Source of the DNA: Geosiphon pyriformis uo1
Taxonomy: Eukaryota > Fungi > Glomeromycota
Length of the DNA: 64,000 bases
Direction of reading: 5' to 3'
Assembly (NCBI GenBank): GCA_016748015.1
Contig: JAAOMT010000577.1
Span: forward strand, 350,489-414,488
The notes beneath the pieces are model-generated. The model made no database searches and was not told where the DNA came from. It saw only the letters and a list, made by a program, of their open reading frames with translations. Position numbers and translations under genes: made by a program. This document shows positions 14,001 to 27,974 of this stretch, piece by piece; position 1 is the first letter of the stretch, and the number at the start of each line of letters is the position of its first letter.

Positions 14001-15751
14001 TGGACTCTTTGCAGTTTCTTGTCAGGTTATGTGTTAGTCCAGTGAACAATTTTCTGGCTGGGTTGGTTAAGATCTTTTTGGACAATAAGCTGTCTTTGGC
14101 AAATAATTTCTCCACTGCTTTTTGTAGTCCTGGCCATTTTCCTTTGTCTTCTATACTTGGAAAGTCTTTGTATTTTGATTCGGTCAAATCTCTCAAATGT
14201 TTTGGTGTTGTCTTTGGTGATCGGTTTTTTGATAAGAAAGGTGGGTTTGTTGGATTGGAAGACTTTTTGCCATTGGAAGAGATTGGATTCACATGGTCCT
14301 GTACCTCATTGGTTTATGGTTGCATCTGAGTTTTTTCTGGATAAGAAGTTCTTGTCATTTGACACTCCTGGTTCTTTTGAGCTACATGGATTGAATGTAT
14401 TGAGGTTTAGTGAGTTTTTTGCTATAAAAAATGGATTGCATATTGTTTGGTTGGGCTTTTTTGGGGTTTATACAAATGGGTCCTTGAAGAATGCTGGCTC
14501 TGCTGAGGTTGCAAGTGGTGCTGCTGCATACTTTCTAGCCTTGGATCTGAGTGTTGATGTTGTGGTTTGGGGTTTTATGTCTTTTACCATGGCCAAATTA
14601 CAGGCTGTTGTTTTGTCTTTGGAGTGTGTCCCTTTTTCTAGTACTGTAGTGTTGCATTTTGATAGTTAAGCTGCCATTAACGCATGTGTATCTGAGATGT
14701 CTCTTGATGCCCCCAATTTCCATAATCAATGCTGGCTTAAGAGGCGTCATAATTTTAATTTGGTTAGGGATAAGGATCTTAATGTGAGTTGGGCTAAGGT
14801 AAAGAGCCATTTCAGGATTTCTGGTAATGTAAGAGCCAACTTGGCTGCTGGGGCTGCCTCTGGGTCTCCCTTTTCACTGTTGGCCAATGTGCATAAACAC
14901 TTTCTGGTTGCTAAGAGTACTGCTGTTTTTGGTAATGCCCATTATTTTGTTTGGGATATTTTTTAGTCTGTTTGTTATGCTCATTGGAAAGCTGGCTCTG
15001 GCTATGATGTAGTTCCAGATGTAATAGTTGGTTGTGTGGACTGGGTTGCTACTGCAAGAGTGTGACATCCTAATTTTTATATGCTTTCTGGTTTTACTAG
15101 TCACAAGTCTTCAACACTCTGCTTTTATATGATGAAAGCTGTGCACAAGAGATTGCCAGTGACAGTAGGAAGAGGCTGTATAATAGATATTACCCTGGCA
15201 TGCTGTGTCTGTTATGTGGTGGTGTGGAGTTCTCTGACCATGCTTTTACTTGTGTTCATGAGTCTGGCATTCACAATAAGATCTTGGCTGAGACTTCTGC
15301 TTGTTGGTCTGCTGTGGCTGGTGTTTTTGATTGTTTTTTGTCTGCTGTATTATGGGTACTATCTCAATGTTCCATTGATGTTGGGTTGTATGCTTTGGTA
15401 TGCAAGGGGTTTGTGCTGGATGAATGGCTTAGGAAGGCTTGTTGTGTTGTTGATGACCAAAAATTGGCTGTTGCTCAGATTGTTGATTTTGTAAGATTTA
15501 TTGTTGAGTTGTATTGTGCTAGAGTGTGATTGGTGAGATCTAGCCATTGGGTGGTGATAGAGAAGGCTGGTTTGGTTTGGGATGGTAGTGTTGTTTCTGG
15601 GCTTTCTCATGATGTGTCTTCTTTGTTTTCTGATAGTATTGTTAAGTTGCTTGGTGTGATTAAGTCTTTTACTGTTAGCTTTGATTGTCAGAAGCCATGT
15701 AGTTTCTTCTCTGGTCTGGGAGGTAGTGTACAGGTTATTATAGGTGTGTAG
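11063..15751 (+). pseudogene. LINE ORF2: APE endonuclease, reverse transcriptase, RNase H, C-terminal CCHC finger
   Basis: ATG at 11063, MSSLVWKFATCNV. APE motifs GVAII, RDFN, TWSN, IDYIFVS. RT motifs QKAYDLV, QGKVFSPLL, AFVND (decayed YxDD). RNase H VYTNGSL...HFDS...SGNVRAN. Finger CLLCGGVEFSDHAFTC. Several stops and frameshifts. Confidence 0.9.
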
Positions 15752-16071
15752 TATTGCCTTGACTGGCCTGAGTGACTAGCCATATATAGTAAGTGCATGA
15801 GTCATGTTTAGTTTGAGCCTCTTAGTTTGGCTCTATATACTAGATAGTAATTGGGCTTCACTCGTTAAATCCTTTAATAAAAAATAAATAATTAATTAAT
15901 ATTGAATTTTAAAAGTACTAATATTATGAGTAAATTTAATAAAAAAAAATATTATAACTTTAATATTTAGATACAATTAATAGAAACAGTTTTTAAAAAT
16001 AATTAAAAGTTTTTTGGCAAATTAGTTTTTGAAAAGTTTTTTTTGTCAAGATTTTATTTATTAAGTTTTTT

Positions 16072-19000
16072 TGTTATAAAACATAAAATTTATAAAACAT
16101 TTTAATATAATAGCTATTTAATAACTGTTTTTAGTATAGCTTATTAGTAAATTATTCTGTTATTGTTTTTAGTTATTAATTGTATTAAACTGTTTTATTT
16201 TGTACTAATTAATTATAATTATTAGTATTTAATATTGTTTTTTTGCTTTTTTAATAAATTAATAATGTTGTTATAAATTAGAGTAATAAGCTAATAGATA
16301 GCAAAAGAGAACAGATTTGTAGAATAATAAAATTAATTAAAAAGAGAATTACAATAATAAAGTAAATTGAATAAATAAAAATTTAATATATGTGATCAAT
16401 TTTATAAAAATTACAGTTGCAAATTTTTTTTAAGAATTTAAAAGTAAAAAAATAATTTGTAATTGTCAACAAAATAATATTACTGCTATTATTCTATGTC
16501 TTAACTCAATGATTTTTAGAATCAATAACAGATATTATTATATTTTTCAATTATTTTTTATTTAAAAAATTACAAGAGCAAGCAATTGCTTTTCAAACTA
16601 ATTTTAACAAAACAAATCAAGAAAAAAAAAAGATATATAAAAAAAAGTAATTAATAGTGGATTTTATTTTGTATTTTAATTATGTTTTTTTATAGTTAAG
16701 AGACTTATTACTTATATAACTATAAAAAGTAATTAATAACTAAGTCAATAATTAAGTCAATAATTAATTTAATAATTAGATCAACAATTAAGTCATTGAT
16801 TAAGTTAATGATTAGGTTAATAATTAGATCAATAGTCAGATTATTGATCAAGTTAATAATTACTATCTAAAAATAAAGATGCTAATTATGTAATATTAAG
16901 TACTAATACATGTAATAATTAATAAAAATTATGGGTTTTAACTATAATATTATTCTTTTTAAAAAGATTAAATTTTAGCAAAATCAAGCTTTTTATAAGA
17001 TATTCTAATTAAAAAGTTTTGTTTAATTTAAAGCTAACTAGTTTATTAAAGTTTTTTGTTGTATAAGATATATAATATTTGAAACAAGATAAGTTTTGTA
17101 TAAGAGTTTTGGCTTTTCTAGCAATAATTAAACTTTTGAAACATTTAACTATATAATGTCTAGAATTTTCATTTGTATTTTTAAAGTTGTTTTTTTTATA
17201 AGCTTTATATTTTCTATAATTTCATCAAGTTAACCATAAAACTTTAGTTGTCTTTTATATAACAAATTTTTGTTTATGGGCAAAATTTTTTTAATTGTTT
17301 GTTCAAATATATTATAAAATACTAGTATGCTTTTAAGTATATATTTATCTATTTTGCTACCAATTTTTTCTTTTTTGGTAGTGGTTATTTTTGGTTTAAT
17401 AATAGTATATATTCTATTATTATCAGTTATAATAATCTGTTTTCTAATAGTCAAAATAATATTTAGATAATTTTTGATCTAATATTCATAGAAAATATAG
17501 AAAGTATTTTGAATATTTTAATTTAAAAAATAATTGTTCATGTAATTGAAGATATTTCTGTTTTGAAAATAGTGCATTTATTTATATCTAATTTTGGCTG
17601 ATTATTTGGATTAGTATTACCATAACAGATAACCAATCAGATTGTTTGTAATATTTTTTGAATTGTGTACCATAAATAAAGTAATCATTAAAGATTGTTC
17701 TATATTGATCTTGTAAAATATAAAAACTATTGTTTAAAACTTTGTTGACTATAAAGAATTTTTTCTACTGACTAGAGAATTTATTACTATAAATATTGTT
17801 TCTGTTTAAGTGGTATTTTAAAATTAAGTTATTAATACTTAAAAAAAATATTTTATAAGTTTTTTTTTTCTTAAGCTTTTTTTAAAACTGTCTTATCTTT
17901 TTATCAAGAAGTTAATAATAATATTAAGTCTTTTTTGCAAATGTCTTTGTAATTCTCTATTGTGATTTTTTCAAAAAATATTGTTTTAATATCAGTTTCT
18001 ATTAATAGTGTTGCTATTTGTCTATAGAGCAGATAAAAAAGTTCATAACTTGTTATGTCCTAATTCACAGTTTTATAAGCAAATAAAGCTAAAGATAGTA
18101 TTTTGTTTTATAAGTTTGTTTTTTCACTGGTTTTAGCTAAGATTTTACATAGTGTTTTATTAAAACATTCTACTAAACTATTTGTTTAAGAATAATAAAG
18201 AGAAGAAAGTTTATAATACATTTCCATTTTTTTACAAAGTTCTTTAACCAGTGTACTAAAAAAAGCTTTTTCTCTGTTAAATAAAAGTTTTTTAAAACAA
18301 CCATAGTGACAAATAATATTTTTATAAATAAAGTTGGCAATAAAGACTGTTGTTTAATCTGGAATGACTTTTGCTTCTACTTACTTTGTAAAATAGTTAA
18401 TAACTGTAATAATGTATTTATTGCTATTAAGAGTTATAGTTAAAGATCTAACAACATTTATACCAATTTTATTAAATAGTTAATCAACAAAAATTAGATA
18501 AATGTCTTTTTTGCATTTGGGTTTTTCTTTTTTTTTAACAAGTATTACAGGTTTTGATGTATTTAACAATGTTTTTTTCTAAAGTAGACTAATAATAATA
18601 AGCTAAAATTTTTTGAATTGTTTTTGTTTTTCCAAAGTGTTTAGCTAATAAATTAGTATACATATTATAGATCATGATTTTTTTTTCTTTAATTCTGATA
18701 ATTTTTTAAGAATAATCAGAATTTTTTTTATTTTTTTTGTAAAATTGGTTTTGGAAAATCAAATAAAAATTTAATTGTTTGCACAAATGTTTTTTTTGTG
18801 CTCAAGTATAGTTTAGTGAGTATTGTTTTTTATCTAAAAATTTTATTAAGACAGAATAATTGTTTAAGTTTATTATTGTATTTGTTAATAAAGAGATTAT
18901 TAATAATTAGGTTGGTTTGGTTTAAAAAAATTGTATTATTATTAAATAATAAGTCTAGAAAGAGTGTTGGCATTTTAATAATAAATTTTTTTACAATATT

Positions 19001-21137
19001 GTATATTATAGTCAAATTTATTCAGATAGAGTATTTAATAAGTTATTTATTTGTGTTCTAGCTTTTTTTGTTGCATAAGCAAATCAGAGCTTGATAATCT
19101 GTTATCACTAAGAATTTTACACCAAAAAATACTTACTCTAGTAGTTAGTAGATTATACTACTGCTAAGCATTCTTGTTAAATAATTAAGTAATTCTGTTC
19201 TCTAAAGAAAAAAATCTGTTAGCATAAATTATAATATGTTTTTTATTATCTTTATTTTTTAAAATAAGACTGCACCAAGTTTAAAACCAGATATATTAGT
19301 GTAGAAAATAAAAGATTGATACAAATTAAATTGCTTAAGAATTGGTTTAATAACTAGTTTTTTTTTTAAGATTTTAAAAGCTTTTTGTTAATGTGTGTTT
19401 TAATAATAATTAACAGTTTTTTTAAATAGCTGATTGAGAAGAAAGATAATTTTGGAGAATTTTTTAACAAACTTTTAATAATAAGATGCTAAACCAAGGA
19501 AAAATTATAGTTTATGAATATTTATTGATTGTTTAATGTTTTAAATTTTTTCAATCTTGACTGAGTCAAGGAAGATTTTATTTTTTGTAATAAAATGTCT
19601 AAGAAACTAGGTAAATTGATATTTAAATAAATTTGATTGAGTTAATCTTAAGACCAATATTTCTAAAAAGATTAAAAACTTTTTGTAAATATTCAAGATA
19701 ATTATTCAAAATTTTTAAGTATGTTATTATGTTATTTAAATAAACCAGAATAAAGTTTTTTTTTACTAATTCAAATACTTTGTCCATTAAACATTGAAAA
19801 ATAAGAAAAATATTGGTAAAACCAAAAGACATAGCTGTAAATTTATAGGTGCTATATTTAATAATAAAGACAGTTTTTTTTTGCTTTTTGGATTTATTTC
19901 TATTTGCCAGAATTTAGTAGTTAAATCAATAGTTGAAAAAAAAACAGCACTATTAAATTGATTCAATATTGTATCAATTTTGAGAAGTGAATATATGTTT
20001 TTTTTAGTAATAGTATTTAATTAATAATAGTTAATATCAAAGTATAGGATTCTATCTTTTTTGAATATTACTACAACTAGAAATGCTTATTTGTTCTTGG
20101 TTTTTTGTATAAATCTAAAGTTTTTTATCCAATTTATTTTTTTCTTGATGAGTTTATTATTATAACAATTAAATTAATAAGACTTTAAACAAATAAAGTA
20201 AGTTTTTCTAATAGCAATAGTGTATTATATTACATAAATATATCCAAAAATATTATTTTCTTTTAAGATAACTGAATTATTTTTAGCCAACAGATTTTCA
20301 ATGTCAATTTTTTTTTTTTAAGAGTTTTTTTTGTATTATTATTAATAATTGTATTTTTGGTAATTTATTTTTAAAAAACTTTGGTAATTTTTTTATTTTT
20401 TCTCAAGGTATCAATATAATTGGTTTCTAATTTTTGTAATAGATTAAACAAAACATTTATTCATTATTAAGAGAATACAATAGTTTATTGTATTAACATC
20501 AAACATAAAAACTATATTACCAATAACTGTATTTGGCTTTTTTGTTAAGTTTTTTATCAAAGATTTTTTTAAGAATATTATAATAGAGCCAACAAATCAG
20601 CTTGTCATTTATAATAATTTTTTTTGTTAGCTTTAATATTATCTAATAGCTTGCTATTGCTGGTGAAAGTGGTATAGACAAATTTAACAGTTTCTTTTTG
20701 TTTTTTTTGTTTTTTTTATTTATTGCTTTTTTTATCATCTAATTTATTTGATTGTTTTTTTTTTTGGTTCTGCTTGGATACTAGAAAAGTTGTCTAATAA
20801 TAACACTTAAGCACAATAAACTTTTCATAATATTTAATGATTTATTCATACAGCTTATAATCAAGTAAAACCTTGGCTTTTTTAAGCTACTTATTGCTAA
20901 CAATTATGGTTTATTCTTTTGCTTTAAGAACTTTTATGTTAGTTTCAATGCTAATGTTATTAATGTAAACAAAAACAGTTTTGATTATGCCCAGATCTTT
21001 TTTTTTGTTGCTATGTACATTGGTCATTAATTAAATAGAAAGTTTATCAATTTTTTTGTCAATTGCTTCAAAAAAGTATTTGACAATAATGTTAACAAAT
21101 GATTTATTGTTCAAGATCAAATTAATAAAATAACCAG
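16072..21137 (-). mobile_element. Family C Gypsy-like element, eroded: protease (~21120-20830), RT (~20200-19420), RNase H (~19350-18960), integrase (~18900-17600), 3' ORF region and 3' LTR; 5' part missing; left boundary approximate
   Basis: Minus-strand remnants ILNNKSFVNII (protease), MSFGFTN...VYLNNIITY (RT), FLVITDYQAL (RNase H), YIITVINYFTK and TNSLVECFNKTL (integrase). Purine tract followed by TATTA at 16949 marks the LTR start. Interrupted at 21138 by element D. Confidence 0.75.
16741..16860. repeat. 12-bp tandem repeat, 10 copies (consensus TAAGTCAATAAT), in the presumed U3 of the family C LTR
   Basis: Units readable directly: taagtcaataat, taagtcaataat, taatttaataat, tagatcaacaat, taagtcattgat and so on. 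A TATATAA lies just downstream on the minus strand. Confidence 0.8.
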
Positions 21138-21997
21138 TATTATTTATAGAATATAAAAAGTATATTAGCATATAAATTAGCCAATCAAAAGTAAACGTAA
21201 TAAATGTGAAATTCCAGAATTTTTCTTAAAGAAATTGCAGAATTCTAGGAATTTCAAAATTCTTGTATGAGAAATTACAGAATTCCAGAATTCCAGAATT
21301 TCTCTCAAAGAAATTGCAGGATTCTAAGAATTCCAGGATTCTTGGCATAAAAAATTAAAGAATTGAGAAATCTCAAATATGTATATATAGCAGTAATATT
21401 AGAAACAGAAAAAACAGATCTCTCTGTTTAGATTTAATCTAAGCAATCTTTCAAATTACAATAAATAATTATTTATTATCCCAAATTTACTCTTTACTAT
21501 TAACACTTTATATTGATAAAAATTTATATTTAACCACATTAGAACAATAGCTCTTAATCATAACTATTAATGAGATACTAACTTGTAATTGCCTTGGTTT
21601 ATTTTCTTTAAATCTTTTTTTTATCTCTTTTATTTTCTTTTCATTATTTTGTTGTGTTTACTAATTGATTAAAAATTAAGCACTGAATTATTGACATCAT
21701 GAATAGCCTGGTAAAAGACCCAGAAATAAAAGTAAAATTATATATACTATTAACAAATAGCTTACCAAAAGGGCATGACTGCCAGAATAAACCAGCCACC
21801 AAGCTAAAAAAAAAAATTGGGAAAACAACTTACCAATTATGACAACATTATTATTGAATCTCTGTTCATTATACAAAAGACTCAACCAAAACTTTTAGAT
21901 ACAAAGATCTTTAGATATTATCAGCCAATTTAGCAATTGAGCACCAAGTTATGAGTTTGTTATTTGATTTTGAAACCCCAAATAATCACTTGTAATA
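21138..21997 (+). repeat. 5' LTR of D (family A): CCAAT box, GGAATTCC-type repeat array, TATA
   Basis: TATTA...TAATA ends (decayed TGTTA/TAACA). AGCCAATC at ~21179, gaattcca-like units at ~21208-21375, TATATATAG at ~21382. Confidence 0.88.
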
Positions 21998-21999
21998 TT

Positions 22000-24900
22000 T
22001 GGTACTTCCTGTAAAGTATAATCCAACAGAGAACTGGCATCAACAGCATTCATCCGAAACAGTAGTAGAATTCAAAAAAACAGGAACAAACCATTTGGGA
22101 TTTGCAAAATCCTTATTTTAATATTATTACACTTATCTCAGATTAACAAATAATAGTTGGCCAATAGAATCAGCTTTTAATTGCTATGTCAATAAAAGAA
22201 TAGTATATTATTTGGGAGGCCAAGAAGATCCAAAATCCATCTTTAACAATTTTTTCAGTAAACTATTTCAAAGCACCACCCTTTTACAAAACTATTTATT
22301 TGCATCTCTAATCACAAAAATAAACAGGAAAATTGAAAAATACACCAAGCAAAGATTTTCTATTACTTTTGCTGACAAAAAAAAAGAAAGATTACAAACA
22401 CTAGCAGGAATTTCAAAGCAAATTCAACTACCCACGTAGAAAAAATAGAGATTTGATTCATCTGTTAATCTATTGTATTACTATATATCTGAAAACACTA
22501 TCAATATAACATCAACAGACACATTCACTACAAATGTAACAACACCATTAAACAGAATCCCATTCCAAAGTAAACAAAAGAAAACAGAATTATTAAGAAC
22601 ATATAGTAATTATTTTGAGAGATTTAAATTGTGATCTCTAACATTATCAGAAACTTGATTACCACCACCACAACCAGATTTTGAAGCCATAAGTCTTTGA
22701 GAAATAACCAACTCTGAGGAAGAAGAGAGTAGCAATCAAGAAATTAACAAGCAAAATCTAATCCTAAAAAATCTGAAAATTAAAACCCTGATTAATCAAA
22801 CTTCGAAGAATTAGAACAATCTAAATCCCAATATTATTAATTAACAAAACTTATCTCTGATAATTATAATCAATCCACCAGTCTTATCAATTGCCAAACA
22901 GCAACAGCAATCATAACAGCCACTTCAATCAGTATAACAACAGCAACAAATCATAGTACCAATAGCATATGTACCAATTGTAAAACTTGAAAAGTTTACC
23001 AACAAAGAAAATAATCCCCAAGCTTGGTTAAATAACATTGCCAAAGCCATAACTATTAATAATTGGGATGATGTCAAAGTCTTTCAAGCCATTTCATATT
23101 TTTTTCAAGATACTACTAATTTTTGATATCAGAGTTTGGCCCAGAAATCCCAAACATTTGATGCATTCAAGCTAGAATTTCTAAGATATTTTAACAATAA
23201 CAATAGTATTAATTGCTTGGCTAACATATTCACCACTATAAAACAAGAAGAAACAGAAGCAGTCACTACTTACTTGGAATGCTTCTACAGGAATCTGTGC
23301 TAGATCCAAGTCATTAATGCCAATTATTTTACAGTGGCTCAAATTCTAAATCAGTTTATTTGCAGATTACACAGCAGTATCTTTGTAATACATATGCTTA
23401 TTACATCCAACCACTTTTCAAGCTGTAGTTATAAATACCAGAGATTTTGAAGCAGCTGAAATCAAAGCCAACCATGCCCAAGCTGTAAATCTAGTGATGA
23501 ATGAATCATCTGAATTGGATTCTAAATTGAAACAATTCAGTAATTCAATCAATTAAAAACTAAAGAGATACTTATCTAACAACAATTAGGCAATTTATCA
23601 ATCTTTACAATAATACAATAATTAAGAAAACTCTAATTATTTCCAAAATTAACCATGTCTATTATTGTCAACAATGGCAACAGGAAACACATGTTTGTCA
23701 CTATTGTGGTAAACAAAGACACCTACAAATTGACTGCTGCCATCACTTAAATGATCAATAATTGGAAAGTCAATATTGAAACCCCAATTGCCAGTTTCAA
23801 ACTCTAAGTTATCAACTAAATCCAACATTATATCAACCAAATTACTTACCAATGACGCAGCAGCCCATTTATCAACCACCAATGTATCAGAATTCAGCAC
23901 CAATTATTTATTAACTGCAGCCACAAGTAATATATCAACCCCAACTAATTCAAACACCACCACAAAATTCAATTCTGATGTCACATGGAAACTAAAGACC
24001 AAGATTCATTCAACAAAACTGAAGATTGGCAATGGTTGTTCATCAACTGATTTTCAGTTTATCCACTCAATAATCAAAATTATGCCAGTGAAATTTAGGA
24101 ACCAGATACACCCAAAACCTGAATTCTCAGAACTATTTAAGTTTCCTAGTAACTTCAGAAGACACTTCATCCAACAAACTGAAACTCAACCAAAAACAAC
24201 CATTAATTAGCAACATACCTCCAGCCACTATTACTAACAATGAATCTCTTACAGCAATTTTTTCTTTTGAATTCGAGAAAACCACACCAATTTCATTATT
24301 TAGTGGAGCTGCTCTAGAAGAAAAACTCATCACTGCAATGTACACCAATGCCAAAATCAATGGACAGGTTATCAAGCTGATCCTAGACAGTGGTTCAGCA
24401 GGCAGCATCATCATATAACAACTTATGGACCAATTAGGTCACTAAGTTAATTACACTGCCAGCACCAGGATTATTATGGCTAATGGAACCACAAAGACTC
24501 CTATTAACAAGATTGATAACTTTTTCTTTAAAGTCAATGACATCATGATATCAATCAAAGTCTTAGTGATAGAAGCTACCCAATACCAAGCTTTTGTTAA
24601 TAACAACTGGCTAGTCAAACCCAATGCTGTACTCAACTGGACCATGCAAGAACTCCAACTTAACCAGAATGGTCAACACACACATGTACCAATCATGTGT
24701 GGCCATTTTAAAATGAACACTAAACCAGCACCACTTATAGAACTGGAAGAAGAAAAAAAAACCTATTTGGGAAGCCTATCAAGTCTCATAAACTAATACC
24801 AATCATAATGAACTGCCACTAATATTTTCTTGAGACAACAAGAGAAAAAGAAAAGAAGAAGACATATTTGAAGTAACTACTGTCACAGAAGAAATAACTA

Positions 24901-27900
24901 ATGGCTGGGAAAGAGAATACTTACATAAGACAATAAAAAAACCACCATATATACCCCTTAAATACAAAAACTATAAAAAAAAACTTTCCTCCATGGAAGC
25001 TTGGATTATACTCAACAAAGACTACTGAACAAAAACCCACTATTATTGCAAGCTGTGTTATAGAAAACACTATGACTACCCAAAAAAACAGAAAAAGTAG
25101 GACAACAAACCATGTCTTGCTTGTGGCAAACAGTTACTCGATGAAAAAATATGAAACAACATTTCCAGTTAAGAAAAAAAATGTAATGCTTCATGTCAAT
25201 ACACAATCTTTATAAGTGATTGGATAAGTCATAGAACATTTATAATGGCTGCCTAACACTGAGCAATCTCTTGCTTGAATGGCTACTCACATGACAAAAA
25301 TAAGATCTAATGAATGGCAAATGCCAAAGTTAAAGGCACTTTATCTTGTGAGATCTTAGAAATTAAAAATAATCCACTAAAACCAGTAAAAACGGTTCTT
25401 ATTCCAAATTCTGATGTTTTTCTTAACATTAAAACAGGCCCAGAGGAATTTATAAGTACTATCAGAACCTAACACTAACAAGAAAAAAGCAGAAACAATG
25501 GCTAAAAGAATTGAATATCAGATTATGCCAATATTTTTTAATTCTTAGTGATTTTGAATATTGTGATAATTGTGATCTTATTTACAATTCACTATTGCAC
25601 ATAATCTACATGATTCCTAAAGAGGAAAAACCAATTAGCAGCTATGCATCAGAAATAGAATCAACATTTAATTTTGATTTAAACTCTGACAATAAAAACA
25701 ACAGTTTCAGTTCCATTTAAAATGACAATAATAATTACAATAATTTGAATTCCAGTTCAAATCCAGAACAATATATTGTGCTTTCTGATCTCACCAAGGA
25801 GCAGAAGTTCAAATGGTTCAGTGATAACAATAAAGACATTATGCCAGAATGTGTACATAATACTAATGCCAGGTTTAATCTAAGATATCCAGGAAAAAAT
25901 ACCATCAAATTGGAACCACACTTGCATATCTGCATTAATCTTAAAATAGTACTGGATTCTGAGTAACAACAATGATTCAATTAGCATCAAGAAGTAGTTT
26001 AGCAAAAAAAAAAATCAATATTAAAGTAGGAATAATTGATGCAGAATATATAGAAAATATTATTGCAATGCTACAAAATAACTCAGAAAAGGCTTATATT
26101 ATAGAACCAAATAAAAAGATAGCATAGGCAATATTTCTGTCTTTGGTTAAAATAGCTCAATTAGTATTAGTAAGAAACAGAAAAAAATTAGGAATTACAG
26201 CTAGAGAGATTAATAAATTTGGATCCATGGATAGAATAGATGTGCCAGTTAATATGACAGAAGAAGAGATTGTTAACAAGAGAGAAATTATTTCTATTCT
26301 ATCATATGACCAGTACATGTTAGTCATAAAAAGAAAAGTGAAGGATCAAGCTCAGTTATTTGAAGTGAAAGCAACCATGTGTAAATCAAGAGAAATTGAA
26401 CTCACCAATCTTTACATACCAGCCAAAAGTCTTAAAAATATCAAAATTCTAATATATAATACTACTAAAAATGTTATCAAAATTCCAGAAGAAACTATTA
26501 TTAGATATTTAACTACTGAAGTTGAAAATTAACCACCAAATCACATTTTAGACTTTCTACAGCTATGCAAATATGTGGATATCACATTACAAACAATATA
26601 CAGATGAGAAGAATATTACTTGCTCCAACCAAAACAGCTAGAACAGATAAACTTAGGAAATTTAAATCCACTTTAACAAATGCAGATCAAGATGTTACTT
26701 AACAATTTCAATGACATTTTTGCCAGTGAAAATAAATTTGGCCATACCAATATCATTTAGCATCAAATCAAGACTGGCAATCTGATGCCAATAAAACAAC
26801 AAGCATACAGAGTATCATCAGTAAGCCATAAAATTATTCAACAAGAAATCAATTAGATGCTAAACAATAGACTAATTTAGTCATTAATGAATCTATAGTC
26901 ATTATCAGTGATACTAGTCCATAAGAAGAATAGGAAGATCTATTTTTGTGTAGACTATAGAAAACTCAATGATGTAACTCATGGAGACAGCTACCCCATT
27001 CTATGAATTCAAGAATTATTTGATGCTTTTGGTGGAAATAAATGGTTTTCAATATTGAATTTAGATAGTGGTTACTGGCAAGTAGTCATAAATTCAGCCA
27101 ACAAAAAAAAGACTGTATTTACAACAAGAGAAAGAAATTTTGAATTTGAAGTAATGTTATTTGGCTTAATGAACACTTCAGCCACATTCTAATAGCTTAT
27201 AGAAATCATCTATACTGGATTATTATGGAAGTTAGTAGTCATATACTTGGATAACACCAATGTGTTTTCAAAAACATTTGATGATCATCTGCATCATCTT
27301 TAATAAGTGTTCAAAAAACTCAGATAAGCAAGACTGAAATTGAATACAAACAAGTGCTTCTTTGGCAAAACAGAACTCAAGTTTTTAAGACATGTTATAA
27401 GCAAAGATAGCATTAAAACAAATTCAGACAAAATTAAAATAGTCAAAAACTTTTCAGTACCAACCAACTTGATAGAACTAAAAGCATTTTTGGGATTTGC
27501 TGATTATTATTGCCATTTTATTAAGAACTTTTTTAAACTGGTTCAGCTATTACACTAACTTCAAACCAAGAATGTGAAATATAAATGGACAGAAATCTAG
27601 TAGAAAGCTTTTAATACATTAAGAAGAAAGCTCATTCAAGCTTTAGTGTTGATTTATTCAGATTACAACAAACCATTCATCATCACCACCAATGCATTAG
27701 GCCAAGCATTGAGAGCAGTATTATCACAGAGAAAACTGAATAGAAAAGAACATTCAGTAGTATATACCAGCCAAAGTTTGAGTTTAGCAGAAAAAAACTA
27801 TAGAATACTAGTATTAAAACACTTAGCTATTTATTGGGCAGTCATAAAATAAAAAAAATACTTAAGCCAGAAGTTCAACATATATATTGATTACAAAGAA

Positions 27901-27974
27901 TTGACATTAATCCAAAAGCAAAATGATTGCTACACTCAATAAAAAATAGAACTTTCACTATTTAAATATACTAT
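22000..27974 (+). pseudogene. gag-pol: D polyprotein: leader domain, capsid, CCHC knuckle, protease, Cys-rich domain, dUTPase, RT, RNase H
   Basis: PIVKLEKF, CHYCGKQRHLQIDC, ILDSGSAGSII, FCVDYRKLN, YLDNTNVFSKTF, TTNALGQALRAVL. Knuckle and protease read in one frame. Confidence 0.88.
25841..26235 (+). pseudogene. dut: dUTPase domain of D
   Basis: ARFNLRYP (motif I), SRSSLA (II), GIIDAEY (III), IA*AIF (IV), R...FGSM (V). One frameshift. Confidence 0.85.

Larger units (their letters stand above)
8974..15884 (+). mobile_element. Near full-length LINE (non-LTR retrotransposon), inactivated
   Basis: 5' UTR, ORF1, ORF2 (APE-RT-RNase H-CCHC), 3' UTR and short A tail. Visibly more GC-rich than its flanks. 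Candidate 11-bp TSD ATTAATTAATA at 8963-8973 and 15891-15901 is weak in this AT context. Confidence 0.92.
21138..27974 (+). mobile_element. Family A element D: 5' LTR, PBS and gag-pol up to late RNase H; truncated by element E
   Basis: LTR 21138-21997, PBS-like TGGTACTT at 22000, then collinear gag-PR-dUTPase-RT-RH. Ends at ELSLFKYT, at the next TGTTA. Confidence 0.9.

Noticed and set aside
9845-15610. Numerous minus-strand ORFs across the LINE
   Set aside because: Antisense shadows of ORF1/ORF2, favoured by the T/G skew, with no recognisable motifs.
23776-24210. Ser/Thr-rich ORF (also 1490-1753 and 32776-33261) as independent genes
   Set aside because: These are alternate frames of the gag linker. 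The frame joining knuckle to protease is a different one.
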